A DNA stretch of 64,000 bases from Macrostomum lignano (GCA_002269645.1 NIVC01000291.1:496001-560000), one strand, 5' to 3'. Positions 1-14,042 are shown, counted from the stretch's first letter. Notes: generated by a model not told the origin, from the sequence alone. Made by a program: numbers and translations.

Positions 1-601
1 ACACTCCCGATCAACTGAACCCCTACCCCACTGTACACTCCCGATCAACTGAACCCCTACCCCCACTGTACACGCCCGATCAACTGAACCCCTACCCCCA
101 CTGTACACTCCCGATCAACTGAACCCCTACCCCCACTGTACACTCCCGATCAACTGAACCCCTACCCCCACTGTACACGCCCGATCAACTGAACCCCTAC
201 CCCCACTGTACACTCCCGATCAACTGAACCCCTACCCCCACTGTACACTCCCGATCAACTGAACCCCTACCCCCACTGTACACGCCCGATCAACTGAACT
301 GAACCCCTACCCCCACTGTACACGCCCGATCAACTGAACCCCTACCCCCACTGTACACGCCCGATCAACTGAACCCCTACCCCCACTGTACACTCCCGAT
401 CAACTGAACCCCTTACCCCCACTGTACACTCCCGATCAACTGAACCCCTACCCCCACTGTACACGCCCGATCAACTGAACTGAACCCCTACCCCCACTGT
501 ACACGCCCGATCAACTGAACCCCTACCCCCACTGTACACTCCCGATCAACTGAACCCCTTACCCCCACTGTACACTCCCGATCAACTGAACCCCTACCCC
601 T
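1..601. repeat. 35-bp minisatellite
   Basis: About 17 copies of ACACTCCCGATCAACTGAACCCCTACCCCCACTGT, running off the window start. Confidence 0.97.
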
Positions 602-3600
602 AATGTTCACTCCCTACACCTACTGCACCCTTCTCTCAAAAGCATCACAGTTTGCCGTACTGAATCAGCACTTTCTTCTGCCACTGCCATGGTTCTCTAG
701 AGTAGCGAGTGCCTCAATACGATTATTCGATTTGATCTCCCTATTTCCATCTGTTATGTTGTTAGCTTTTTCTAAACAAATCATTTTTAAAGCTTTCCAT
801 TTGCTTCAGTGTTGCTTTTAGTCTAGTGCATTGAGGTACTTATTAATAACTTGGTCTAGTCTAACAGACCGGCTGCAGGTGGCTTCCGTAGTGGCCGAAG
901 CGATCAATCTAACATTATTTTGTCTTACTAGTCCTGTATTTCGAATACATGAAACTTTCATTCGAGCTACTGACTGATGCGTGTAAGCCTGGCGCAGTAC
1001 TAATTACACTTAGATGTTATTCCTTAAATAACTTTAACCCTAACTGCAACCCCACCCGGATTCGAGCTTCTTGCTTTGCAAGTCAATACGGCAGTCTCTG
1101 CTCAAATATACATACGTGTAAGCATATAACTTACTGCATGCATGCATATGAAAACTAAACGTTTGAGCTTTTCAATGATTTGCTTTTTTTCGGTGTGTGT
1201 GTATGGCAGGTTCAGTTCAATTATTGCTGTACATTTAGTTGCATGCAGATGTAATGCATATTTGCTTTCAGATAGCTCGCGCCTCTGCCTGTTCGTTCAC
1301 GTGTGAAACTTCCTGACACGCAACGCAACTGCGTCGACACATGGCAGCGCAGATGGAAATAGTAAAATCATGTTTACATCTGTAGATTAAAAGAAATTCA
1401 TTCGAAATACCTTTCACTTGAGTTTTATACACAATTTCATGCTAAATTGTTCATCTAAACTACATGTAAGTGTACAATGCACATGGTACATGTGTCTGCA
1501 TGTTTTGCAGTCTATTTGAATACATGTAGAAAGAAAAGCATGCATTTCTAAAATAGTTTTAATTACCTGAATGCATCCATGTATAATTTGGAACACGGAG
1601 AAGGAACTCTTGGGATTCTCTGCCGAATTCAGGCTCGTGTACTGACCTCTCAATGCGGTCGCTCAATCTACTTTTATGCAGGACGCGAAGTCTCTGACGG
1701 GATCAGACGGGATCAGACAGCTCGAGCACTCAATGTTTTTAGCATTATGCATTACGGTTACAATTAATATAAGCAGTGTTATACTTACATGTGCAGATAC
1801 AACTTGGAGGGTATTGGTATGCGACGCTAACATCCCACCGCGATAAGCATAACGAAAAAGGGGCCCGCCTATTTCTATCGCTGAAATGAGACTTTTGTTC
1901 AATAGGAAGCTTTTGTGTGCGCATACAGTACCTATGCATAGACAATTTCTGATGCAACTCCAGTTGCATCATACGGGTTTATTGCATTTCTGATGCAACT
2001 CCAGTTGCATGAGAGACGGGTTTATTGCATTTCTGATGCAATAAATGCGAAAAAACATTGCCTGCAAGGAACGTATACATGTATGCCCTTGTAGTGTTTC
2101 TCGATGTATTATATGTACATGTACAGTATATCGCAACTTACAATGGTTGAAAAGTGCATGCTTAGCAATTTTACACAAGGACCACTAGAATGTTAAGTAA
2201 GTCACTTGTTTTTACGTTAGCAGAATCTAATCAAGTGCATTTGGGCTAACAGTCTAACTAAGTAGTCCAACTAATTTAAGCCGTTTGTCTAAAGCTTAGT
2301 TTTTCAAACGCAAAAATCATTAGAAAAAAAATCCTTAGAATTTAAATTAATAGATTAAAAATATATAGAAAAATTAGAAACAAGACTTTCAAAAGCCAGA
2401 AATAAAAATCCGAATCATCTATTGGTTAAACAGCCTCTCTTGCTAAGCTAATTTCTACTACTACTAGTAGCAAAGCTTCCTCGATCGAGTAAACAAGTTA
2501 AAGAGCTCGTAATTTACGATATTGTCATCCTGCCAAGAAATTAAAATTCCTGATTTTAAAGTGGTTGAAATTTTCCATGAAAGTCTACAAAACTTTTCGT
2601 GCGCGCGCGGCCTGTTCCTTATAACAATCGTGATTCTTGAACAAACAAATGGTTCTTAAAATCCATAAAATCCAAACATTGATGTTGTGCCTTTTCTAAT
2701 CCGACTAGGTCCTGCTGTGTACTATTTCTTTTGATAGCACTTGGCTATACCGTCTAGCCGCCTACTATACTACTAGGCCTACTACTTGAGGTCATAGTTT
2801 ACTCTACTGTACTTACGAATCCATGAGGTTGTTATAGGCCCCCTAATTTTAGGACTTAAATTAGAGTTTTATTCAGTTTTTATAGGTATATACTGATAAT
2901 AACAGACTAGAACGACAAAATAACTTCATATCAATATTAGTAATGGCCAATAATGCTTTAAACGCATTGTGGAATAGGTGAGTGCCTATTTTCCTATTAG
3001 AGCCTAGGCCTAAAAAATATAAGGCCTAATCTTAATTGTCAAAACTATTTTCAAATTAATTAATATAAAAATAAATAAATTCTTGTTAGACCTCCTTCTT
3101 GTTTTTGTTGTTACCTATATTATATATATAGTCTATTAATGACTAATGTAATTATTGTTGACATTAGCCATTTATATAGCCTACAAGCATATATACATCT
3201 ATAGACATAGTATAGTATGTAAACATCATTTTTATATTAAAATTAAGGCCTAATATATGCCTTATGTTATGATAAAAATAAGTCTATAATATATATTGTA
3301 AGTATATATCATAATAAAATAAGATCATTTGATATTTCTAATTTTCTAAGCTTTATGTATATGGGCCCTACTTATACAGCCTTTGAAATTAAATTGTATT
3401 GCCATGCAACTTAGGCATATGCCCTAGTTTTGACTATAATTATAACTAGTTTTGTGGCACTCATTATTTGCATAGACGTATAGTATCATATAAATAGTAT
3501 TATCATTGGATTAATTGACATTTGTGACGGGGGACTTGTAGAAAACTTCATTGTTTTACTATCGTTTTTACTATCAGTAGACTACTACGTAAGTGTATCA

Positions 3601-4781
3601 TATTTTGTATGAATTCTGTGTACAAGTACATTCATTGAATCAGCTTTTATATGTCAGCAAATGATGAATTTTTAACAAATCAATAATTTGCCCAGCGCCC
3701 ATCGTAACTCTCAGCCAATTACAATTCACTCTATCATCTATCGTTTTATATTAACTGTTCATTTTTCGTCGCTACTCAAAAACAAATAAAAAACTTGGCC
3801 AACTAAGCAAGCAAAATATATCAATTCAATTGAATATTGGACTGCGCTATACTTGCATTTTTCTTCGGTCTTGTTCGGTCTTGTTCTGCCAAGGACTGCC
3901 AGATTAAATTCGTCACACATTATTTACATTGTAACTAAAATTCAAAGTCAAATCAAATTACACTTGACTATCACAAATCTATCCTTTTAAAGGTAAATAA
4001 GTCATTTATCATTTTATTTCTTTTGAAACACCTTTTGTACTTTGAATTATTAATAGTACAAGCTGCTAAAAATGCTAAGCTATAAATATAAATCATAAAG
4101 CCTATCTAAACTCCATTTATTAGCTTTATTTATATGTAGTTTAAATTTGTCTTTTTCACTGCATCTTGTTTTGTTTTGCCTTTTGAATTTTTGCTTCTCT
4201 ACTAATTTATAGTCTTGCATTTTTCCTTTTTTAGTTTCTTTGCTTTGGTACCTTTCTGTTGGTACCTTTTTTAGTTAGGCTTCTATTGTTTTATTTTTTT
4301 ATGAGGCCTAGTCTCTAATCCTATGTTTGCTTTTATTGATGCTATAATTCATATGTTTTAATGTAACTTATATTTAAACCACAACTATAATAAATAGTGC
4401 CAATAACCCCCTTTTTGGTAGGTGTAACTGAGAAAGCATCTTTATAAAAATTGTTTCATATGGATGAAAATTCTTTTGCTATAATTTTAGGCTCTATGCT
4501 GCATGCATAACTTTGATAAAAAGCTTTTTTCTATTAATACTTACAAGTATACTATTTTTCTAGCCTGGGATATCAGCTTCTCTGATTCAAGCCTTAGTAT
4601 ATTTTCTTTGTCTTGGCACTTCAGCAACCCCCTCCCCCTTGAGCCTTGGCATCTCAGACACTCTGATATTTTTTGTTTGATTTGGCTCAGTTGCCTGATT
4701 TAAAATTTTAAATCCTCCTGTCTTGACACCAGAGCCTCAACACCCACTCCTGCACCCAGGCTGCAGCCAGAGCAAGGCGCA

Positions 4782-7700
4782 ATGCCTGGCATCGTAGACG
4801 ACTATCAGTTGCCGCCCATGTGCCAGAAGGTGGAGCAAACGGTGGAGCCGCTGCAGACAGGCTTGGAGAAGATCGGCAAGCGGCTGGACAAGTGCGCCGT
4901 CAAGCAGAAGCCGGACGAGGCGTTGGCCGAGGCGTTCCGCCTGGCTGGCGATAATCTGGGCGCCGGTGCTCCCCAGCTGTCCTGCCTGCTGCAGGCGCTG
5001 TACGAGATTGAGAGCTCGCAGCTGCGCAGCCGGGCTCACATGTACGAGCAGCTCACCGCCGTCACCAGGGATAAATTCAAGCCGCGCGAGAACACGCTCA
5101 AAGCGGTTTCAAAACAGAAGCGCGACATCAATAAACTGACCGAGGATCTGGCTAAGACGAAGTGCGTTGCTGCTCATGTCATCCCGCACACTATAAATAC
5201 CCACCGCCTCAGCCCTCCTTTGGTATTCTTATTGAAGCCCACCTTTGAAAGAAAACTGCTCTGGGCACCCTGAAGATCCTCAGTCAGCTCCGGACACCCT
5301 GAAGATCCTCAGACAGCTCCGGACACCCTGAAGATCCTCACACAGCTCCGGACACCCTGAAGATCCTCAGACAGCTCCGGACACCCTGAAGATCCTCACA
5401 CAGCTCCGGACACCCTGAAGATCCTCAGACAGCTCCGGGCACCCTGAAGATCCTCAGGCAGCTCTGGACACCCTGAAGATCCTCAAAAACAGCTCCGGAC
5501 ACCTTGAGGATCCTCACTCAGCTCCGGACACCTTAAGGATCCTCACAGCTCCGGACACCTTGATGATCCTCACTCAGCTCCGGACACCCTGAAGATCCTC
5601 AGACAGCTCCGGACACCCTGAAGATCCTCAGTCAGCTCCGGACACCCTGAAGATCCTCACACAGCTCCGGACACCCTGAAGATCCTCAGACAGCTCCGGA
5701 CACCCTGAAGATCCTCAAAAACAGCTCCGGACACCTTGAGGATCCTCACTCAGCTCCGGACACCTTAAGGATCCTCACAGCTCCGGACACTTTGAGGATC
5801 CTCACTCAGCTCCGGACACCTTAAGGATCCTCACAGCTCCGGACACTTTGAGGATCCTCACTCAGCTCCGGACACCCTGAAGATCCTCAAACAGCTCCGG
5901 ACACCTTGAGGATCCTCACAGCTTCGGACACCTTGATGATCCTCACTCTGCTCCGGACACCTTAAGGATCCTCACAGCTCCGGACACCTTGATGATCCTC
6001 ACTCAGCTCCGGACACCTTAAGGATCCTCACAGCTCCGGACACCTTGATGATCCTCACTCAGCTCCGGACACTTTGAGGATCCTCACTCAGCTCCGGACA
6101 CTTTGAGGATCCTCACTCAGCTCCGGACACCTTAAGGATCCTCACAGCTCCGAAAACTTTGAGAATCCTCACTCAGCTCCGGACACCTTAAGGATCCTCA
6201 CAGCTTCGGACACCTTGATGATCCTCACTCAGCTCCGGACACCTTAAGGATCCTCACAGCTCCGGACACTTTGAGGATCCTCACTCAGCTCCGGACACCT
6301 TGAGGATCCTCACAGCTCCGGACACCTTAAGGATCCTCACAGCTCCGGACACTTTGAGGATCCTCACTCAGTTCCGGACACCTTGAGGATCCTTAATTTA
6401 AAAATCCGACCCACTCACTCACCGCAGGAAGCGCCTCGCTCAGCAGCAGCAGCAGCAGCCGCAGACGCAGCAGCAGCAGCAGGCAATTGAAGATCTTCGG
6501 GCTGATCTGAGTGACAAAGTGGCGGAGCTCCGGCGGCAGCGAGACGTGTACTCGGAAAACCTGATGAGCGTCGCCCACCTTCACTCCGAATGCTGCTCTG
6601 ACCTGCAGGCCATGCTCAGAGCCCGCCTGGCCTATCATCAAGAGTGCGCCAAGATTTTGGCAGAGAAAGACCGCCAGCTGGAGGCCGAGCTGGCCAGGAT
6701 CTCCCGCACAAGCGGCCCCTGCTACCGCATCGATCTGGACGAGCACCTGAAGACCACGGAGCGCCAGATTGCCTACGTGCTTGAGGTCTGCGTTCGCGCG
6801 CTGAACAAGCCGGCCGTGCTGGTGGAGGAGGCGAGTCCAGATCAAAATCATCTGTTCCTTAATCCCATCGAGTTCCTAATCCCCTATGAGTACCTTTAAG
6901 ATTGATTTATGCATCTGCGTTTCTCAAACCACATGGCTTTTTCTCTGATTTATTGGTATTTTATAATTGATAGAATCCCTCATGCTCCCCACAGGTGCCC
7001 CTAATGATCCCCTCCGGGTCCCTAATGATTCCCTCCGGGTCCATAATAATCCCCTTTGGGTCCCTAATGATCCCCTTGAGTCCCTAATGATCCCCTACGG
7101 GTCCCTAATGATTCCCTCCGGGTCCCTAATGATCCCCTTTGGGTCCCTAATGATCCCCTTTGGGTCCCTAATGATCCCCTACCCCTACGGGTCCCTAATG
7201 ATCACCTACGGGTCCCTAATGATTCTCTCCGGGTCCATAATAATCCCCTTTGGGTCCCTAATGATCCCCTACCCCTACGGGTCCCTAATGATCACCTACG
7301 GGTCCCTAATGATTCCCTCCGGGTCCATAATAATCCCCTTTGGGTCCCTAATGATCCCCTACGGGTCCCTAATGATTCTCTCCGGGTCCATAATAATCCC
7401 CTTTGGGTCCCTAATGATCCCCTACCCCTACGGGTCCCTAATGATCACCTACGGGTCCCTAATGATTCCCTCCGGGTCCATAATAATCCCCTTTGGGTCC
7501 CTAATGATCCCCTACGGGTCCCTAATGATTCTCTCCGGGTCCATAATAATCCCCTTTGGGTCCCTAATGATCCCCTACCCCTACGGGTCCCTAATGATCA
7601 CCTACGGGTCCCTAATGATTCCCTCCGGGTCCATAATAATCCCCTTTGGGTCCCTAATGATCCCCTACGGGTCCCTAATGATCCCCTACGGGTCCCTAAT

Positions 7701-10700
7701 GATCCCCTAAGGGTCCCTAATGATCACCTACGGGTCCCTAATGATCATCTACGGGTCCCTAATGATCACCTACGGGTCCCTAATGATGTCCCAGGGGTCG
7801 CTTAAGAATCCCCTCATGGTCCCAAATTATTCGTGTAGGATCTCTAATAATCTCCTACAGCATTCCTAATGGTCCATACAGCATCTCTAATGGCCCCTAC
7901 AGCATCTCTAATGGCCCCTACAGCATCCCTAACGATCCCCCAGATCCCCAGTCCCAACGATCGCCAGGTCCCCATGGTTTTCATGCATTTCTCTGACGGA
8001 GCAGCTCTCCCACCCACAGGGCCTGTTCCGCACAAACGGTTCGGCCAGCTCGGTGCAGAAGCTGGAGTCCTTCCTGAACCTGATGCAGGCCGAGGAAAAC
8101 ATTGCCGAGTTCGAGCCGTCCGCCATCTGCGGCGCCTTGAAGAAGTACCTGAAGCAGCTGCCGGTTCCTCTGATTGGCAGCGGCAAGCTGATTGACAGAT
8201 GGCTGGTGGCCTGTCAGCTGACCGACCAGGACAGGCGGTCCGAGGCGCTGCTGGCCTGCTGCCAGCAGCTGGAGTCCACCCGGCCGCACTACTACCGGAA
8301 CCTGCGCTACCTGATCAAGTTCCTGGTCCGGGTGGCCGCGCTGCAGGACAAGAACAAGATGTCGCCTAAGAATCTGGGCATCTGTATCGGTCCAAACATT
8401 TTTTACAGCTGTGGACAGGTAAAACTGTGCTGAGTAATTTCCCGATCTTTGCCATTGTGTGCGGTGCCTGACTGTCGTTTACCTGAATGTCATTTACCTG
8501 AATGTCATTTACCTAAATGTCATTTACCTGACTGTCATTTACCTGAATGTCATTTGCCTGAATGTCATTTACCTGAATGTCATTTACCTGACTGTCATTT
8601 GCCTGTCATTTACCTGATTGTCATTTACCTGACTGTCATTTGCCTGATTGTCATTTACCTGACTGTCATTTGCCTGACTGTCATTTACCTGACTGTCATT
8701 TACCTGACTCTCATTTGCCTGACTCATTTACCTGACTGTCATTTACCTGTCATTTACCTGTCATTTACCTGACTGTCATTTGCCTGACTGTCATTTGCCT
8801 GACTCATTTACCTGACTGTCATTTACCTGACTGTCATTTGCCTGACTGTCATTTGCCTGACTGTCATTTGCCTGACTGTCATTTGCCTGACTGTCATTTA
8901 CCTGACTGTCATTTGCCTGACTGTCATTTGCCTGACTCATTTACCTGACTGTCATTTGCCTGACTGTCATTTACCTGACTGTCATTTACCTGACTGTCAT
9001 TTACCTGACTGTCATTTGCCTGACTGTCATTTACTTGACTGTCACCAAACTCTCAGGCCTCCCAAATGAGCGAAATGGACGCCGCCAACACTGGCTCGCA
9101 GCTGATTGAGTATCTCATTGGCCAGCATGAGAAGCTGCTTGGACTGGAGGGTAAGTTTTCCCGGTGCTTTGTAGCCTCAGGTCTCTGTCAGATCTAACTC
9201 TCTGTGCCAGTATCTCAGCTCAGCCAGTATCTCAGATCAGCCAGTATCTCAGCCAGTATCTCAGCCAGTATCTCAGCTCAGCCAGTATCTCAGCTCAGCC
9301 AGTATCTCAGATCAGCCAGTATCTCAGCCAGTATCTCAGCCAGTATCTCAGCCAGTATCTCAGCTCAGCAGTATCTCAGCTCAGCCAGTATCTCAGCTCA
9401 GCCAGTATCTCAGCTCAGCCAGTATCTCAGCCAGTATCTCAGCCAGTATCTCAGCCAGTATCTCAGCTCAGCAGTATCTCAGCTCAGCCAGTATCTCAGA
9501 TCAGCCAGTATCTCAGCCAGTATCTCAGCCAGTATCTCAGCTCAGCAGTATCTCAGCTCAGCCAGTATCTCAGCTCAGCCAGTATCTCAGCTCAGACAGT
9601 ATCTCAGCTCAGCCAGTATCTCAGCTCAGACAGTATCTCAGCTCAGCCAGTATCTCAGCCAGTATCTCAGCTCAGCAGTATCTCAGCTTAGCCAGTATCT
9701 CAGCTCAGCCAGTATCTCAGCTCAGCCAGTATCTCAGCCAGTATCTCAGCTCAGCAGTATCTCAGCTCAGCCAGTATCTCAGCTCAGACAGTATCTCAGC
9801 TCAGCCAGTATCTCAGCCAGTATCTCAGCCAGTATCTCAGCCAGTATCTCAGCTCAGCCAGTATCTCAGCTCAGACAGTATCTCAGCTCAGCCAGTATCT
9901 CAGCCAGTATCTCAGCTCAGCCAGTATCTCAGCCAGTATCTCAGCTCAGCCAGTATCTCAGACAGTATCTCAGCTCAGCCAGTATCTCAGCTCAGCCAGT
10001 ATCTCAGCTCAGCCAGTAGCTGAGCCCAGTCTCGGTGTTCTTTTATCCCAAGTCCCCCAATCTTCTCAGAGCCCGACTTCGGTGCCGTGGACTCCCCGCT
10101 CGAATGCCGCACGCCAACGCAGCCGCTCCAGTCGCCGCTGCTGTCGCCCCAGCGGCTTTTGGCCGATTCCGGGCAGCCGCAACGGCCGCCGCCACCTCGA
10201 AAGCCCTCGTTAGGCACCATCAGCTTGGACTCTGTGGATGGCCCCGCGCCTCCGGCCGCCGCCAAGAAGTGAGTCTGGAATAAATATTGCCACAAATGCT
10301 GTCATACGGCACCGCCGCTAGGCCCTCGGCTACTCACTCTCACTCAGCCAACACCATTCAGCCACTCACTCTCATTCAGCTACCACCATTCAGCCACTCA
10401 CTCTCACTCAGCCACCACCATTCAGCCACTCACTCTCACTCAGCCACCACCATTCAGCCACTCACTCTCACTCAGCCACCACCATTCAGCCACTCACTCT
10501 CACTCAGCCACCACCATTCAGCCACTCACTCTCACTCAGCCACCACCATTCAGCCACTCACTCTCACTCAGCCACCACCATTCAGCCACTCACTCTCACT
10601 CAGCCACCACCATTCAGCCACTCACTCTCACTCAGCCACCACCATTCAGCCACTCACTCTCACTCAGCCACCACCATTCAGCCACTCACTCTCACTCAGC

Positions 10701-11752
10701 CACCACCATTCAGTCGCTCAGCCACTCTCCGCAATCCCGCAGCGGCGATTCCGCCAACAGGCCTCAACGACCGAAGCCACCACCGCTGCCGTCTCAAAAC
10801 AAGCAGCAGCAGCAGCCAGAAAGCAAGCAGCAACCGTCGGAAGCCAATCAAGAGCAGACGGCAGCCAAGCAGAAGCAGATAGGAGTAAAAAAGCAGCACT
10901 TAGAGGCGAAACAACCGGAAGCCAATCAGCAGCAGGCGGAAGTCAAGCAGAAGCAACCAAAAGCCAGCAAGCAGCAGTCAGAAGAGAGGCAACAGCAGCC
11001 GCAATCGGAAGTCAAGCATAAGCAACCGAAAGCCAGCAAGCAGCAGTCAGAAGAGAGGCAACAGCAGCCGCAATCGGAAGTCAAGCATAAGCAACCGAAA
11101 GCCAGCAAGCAGCAGTCAGAAGAGAGGCAACAGCAGCCGCAATCAGAAGTCAATCAGAAGCAACCGGAATTCGAAAAGCAGCACTCAGAGGCCAAACAAC
11201 CGGAAGCCAATCAGCGGCAGGCGGAAGTCAATCAGAAGCAACCGGAAGTCAAAAAGCAGCAGTCAGAGGCCAAGCCACAGCAGCAGACGGAAGCGAAGCG
11301 GCAAACCCCGCCGCAGCTGCCGAGGCGTCCCCAGCAGGCCGCTGAAAGCTCCCAGCAGGCTGCAACACCAGCCGCCCCAGCCACCCCCTCCCGTGTCGGA
11401 CTAGACGGGTGAGAACCTTACCTTAACGTGCATGAATTGTGCCGGCTATCCGCCAGCTTGCAGCTCCATGGCGCCAATGCCATTTGCCTGATCATTTTAT
11501 TTCAGAGCTTTTCAGCTGCCCCGGCCCAGCGGACCGCCGCCGCCGCCGCCGCCTACGCCACCGGCACAGCTGCAGCCTCAGCAGCTGGGAGCCACCGACA
11601 CTGAGGCCCCTCCGGCCGCCGCCTCTCCGTCGGTGAAGAAGCGGGCCGCGCCGCAGCCTCCTCGACCGCCGCCGCCTTCGGTGGCCGCTGCTGCCGCCGC
11701 CGCGTCCGCTGCATCGGCTGCGGCTCCGCCCGCAGACTCCTCCCGTCTTTAG
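4782..11752 (+). CDS. BAR-domain + RhoGAP protein (SH3BP1 / RICH-ARHGAP17/44-like), 7 coding exons
   Basis: Exons 4782-5161, 6428-6830, 8020-8418, 9057-9150, 10070-10268, 10743-11408 and 11506-11752 join with consistent phases. Helical BAR-like N-terminus; RhoGAP motifs IAYVLEVCV, EE|GLFR, NKMSPKNLGICIGPNI and IEYLI; Gln/Pro-rich tail ending DSSRL*. Probable 5'UTR intron 3993-4759. Confidence 0.88.
5265..6391. repeat. ~30-bp intronic minisatellite
   Basis: CAGCTCCGGACACCCTGAAGATCCTCA(C/G)A units inside RhoGAP intron 5162-6427. Confidence 0.95.
6995..7790. repeat. ~21-bp intronic minisatellite with higher-order repeats
   Basis: GGGTCCCTAATGATCCCCTAC variants inside intron 6831-8019. Confidence 0.95.
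8455..9045. repeat. 15-bp intronic minisatellite
   Basis: CCTGACTGTCATTT(A/G) units inside intron 8419-9056. Confidence 0.95.
9205..10018. repeat. intronic minisatellite of CAGTATCTCAG(CTCAG)C variants
   Basis: Tandem units inside intron 9151-10069. Confidence 0.95.
10330..10710. repeat. 32-bp intronic minisatellite
   Basis: CAGCCACTCACTCTCACTCAGCCACCACCATT units inside intron 10269-10742. Confidence 0.95.
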
Positions 11753-12030
11753 GGAGACTCCCGACTTCAAAGGCCCGAGATTGGGCTGCTGCTATTCGAT
11801 TTGCTTTGTGTCAATATTGAAATTACTTGACAGTTTGCGATGCTGATCTTCTGGTCTGAGTTCTGCCGACAACTGGCTTTACTAAGTTCATTAGGCGCTG
11901 AATTTCTCACATTATCTGCTTTCACTGTTTATCTTTACTTTTAGCTGTCTCCGCGTCCGCCTCAGTGTGGGTCAAGGTAAGCCATCGTAGGCCGCGGCTC
12001 TTGCCGTTATTTTTCTGCTTTTTCTGTTGT

Positions 12031-12032
<2 letters not shown>

Positions 12033-12109
<77 letters not shown>

Positions 12110-12359
12110 TGTCTGTCTGGCTGTCTGGTTGTCTGTCTGCTTGTCTGTCTGGCTGTCTGTCTGTCTGTCTGTCTGTCTGCCTGTCTGTCTGTCTGTCTGC
12201 CCGTCTGTCTGTCTGTCTGTCTGCCCGTCTGTCTTTCTGTCTGTCTGTCTGCCTGTCTGTCTGTCTGTTTGTCTGTCTATCTGTCTGCCCGTCTGTCTTT
12301 CTATCTGTCTGTCTGTCTGTCTGTCGGTCTGTCTGTCTATCTGTCTGCCCGTCTGTCTT

Positions 12360-12398
<39 letters not shown>

Positions 12399-12426
12399 TT
12401 CTGTCTGCCCGTCTGTCTGTCTGTCG

Positions 12427-12476
<50 letters not shown>

Positions 12477-12522
12477 TTGTCTGTCTGTCTGTCTGCCCGT
12501 CTGTCTTTCTGTCTGTCTGTCG

Positions 12523-12571
<49 letters not shown>
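12033..12571. repeat. (GTCT)n microsatellite
   Basis: Degenerate tetranucleotide array between donor AAG|GTAAGC (11977) and acceptor CCACTCAG (12583). Confidence 0.97.
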
Positions 12572-12572
<1 letters not shown>

Positions 12573-12659
12573 TTCCCACTCAGTCCGCGCCCTTGTCAGT
12601 GACGCCTTCCAACTTATTTCGTGAACTTCGCAAGGCTTCCAAAACCCATCCCGTCGCAG

Positions 12660-13315
12660 ATATTTCCCAATAATTTCTATTCCAGACTGCCTTCCCGCAG
12701 CTCAATATTGGCATATTTATTGATTGCCTGCCTTATTAATTGCGTAGCAACCGTTTTAAGGTGCCAATAATTCCGAATTAACCAGTTTTATTCACTCCGA
12801 TTTTATATTTACATTTTTGCATATCCTTGAACAGTTTGTACTTTTATTGAAATCGGTCAAGTTTTTCCCCAGCCACCCGAGTGCCAGGTTTTTGCCTTCA
12901 TGGCTGTGCGAGTCTCTTATCGCTGATTCTGCCGCTCCGGCCTGACCCTAAGAGGCGCGAAAATTTAAACAAAATTAAATTAATATTTAAGCGGATTTTC
13001 TTTTTGTTTTTAAAGAAACATTTTCACTAAAACAAATTTTCGAGTTTCGCTTCTTGAATTTAAAGATCGTTGCAAATTCACAAATACTACTTGTAGTAGC
13101 CTTGAAAGAGACCACCGCATTCAACTAGTGTAGACAAAGTATTGATTTTTAATGTTTACAGAGACTTTTGTTAAGACTAAGCCGCCGTGACTACTTGCAG
13201 CAGCTCCATAGGGGTTTTCCTGATTTGCTTGAGCATTGATGACTAATAAGCTGCTCTTTGCCTATAGTTTGAGTACATGCTGTATCAGAATTGACCGCGA
13301 TTAAAATAGGGTGAC
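12660..13315. repeat. dispersed ~650-bp repeat, copy 1
   Basis: Colinear with 19090-19725. Shared blocks include TTCCAGACTGCC, CTGCCTTATTAATT, TCCGAATTAACCAGTTT and CACTCCGATTTTATATTTACATTTTTG. Confidence 0.9.
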
Positions 13316-13327
13316 ACCTGCTTTGAT

Positions 13328-14042
13328 TCAGAGTAGGAGTGAATGCAGGAGGGCAGCTGAGTGAATGCAGGAGGGCAGCTTGGCAGCTGAGGGAATGCAA
13401 AAGGGGAGCTGAGTGAATGCAGGAGGGCAGCTGAGTGAATGCAGGAGGGCAGCTTGGCAGCTGAGGGAATGCAAAAGGGGAGCTGAGTGAATGCAGGAGG
13501 GCAGCTGAGTGAATGCGGGAGGGCAGCTGAGTGAATGCAGGAGGGCAGCTGAGTGAATGCAGGAGGGCAGCTGAGTGAATGCAGGAGGGCAGCTGAGTGA
13601 ATGCAGGAGGGCAGCTGAGTGAATGCAGGAGGGCAGCTGAGTGAATGCAGGAGGGCAGCTGAGTGAATGCAGGAGGGCAGCTGAGTGAATGCAGGAGGGC
13701 AGCTGAGTGAATGCAGGAGGGCAGCTGAGTGAATGCAGGAGGGCAGCTGAGTGAATGCGGGAGGGCAGCTGAGTGAATGCAGGAGGGCAGCTGAGTGAAT
13801 GCAGGAGGGCAGCTGAGTGAATGCGGGAGGGCAGCTGAGTGAATGCAGGAGGGCAGCTGAGTGAATGCAGGAGGGCAGCTGAGTGAATGCAGGAGGGCAG
13901 CTGAGTGAATGCGGGAGGGGCAGCTGAGTGAATGCAGGAGGGCAGCTGAGTGAATGCGGGAGGGGCAGCTGAGTGAATGCAGGAGGGCAGCTGAGTGAAT
14001 GCGGGAGGGGCAGCTGAGTGAATGCAGGAGGGCAGCTGAGTG
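13328..14042. repeat. 22/23-bp minisatellite, same family as 22740-23245
   Basis: GAGGGCAGCTGAGTGAATGC(A/G)G units. Confidence 0.97.
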
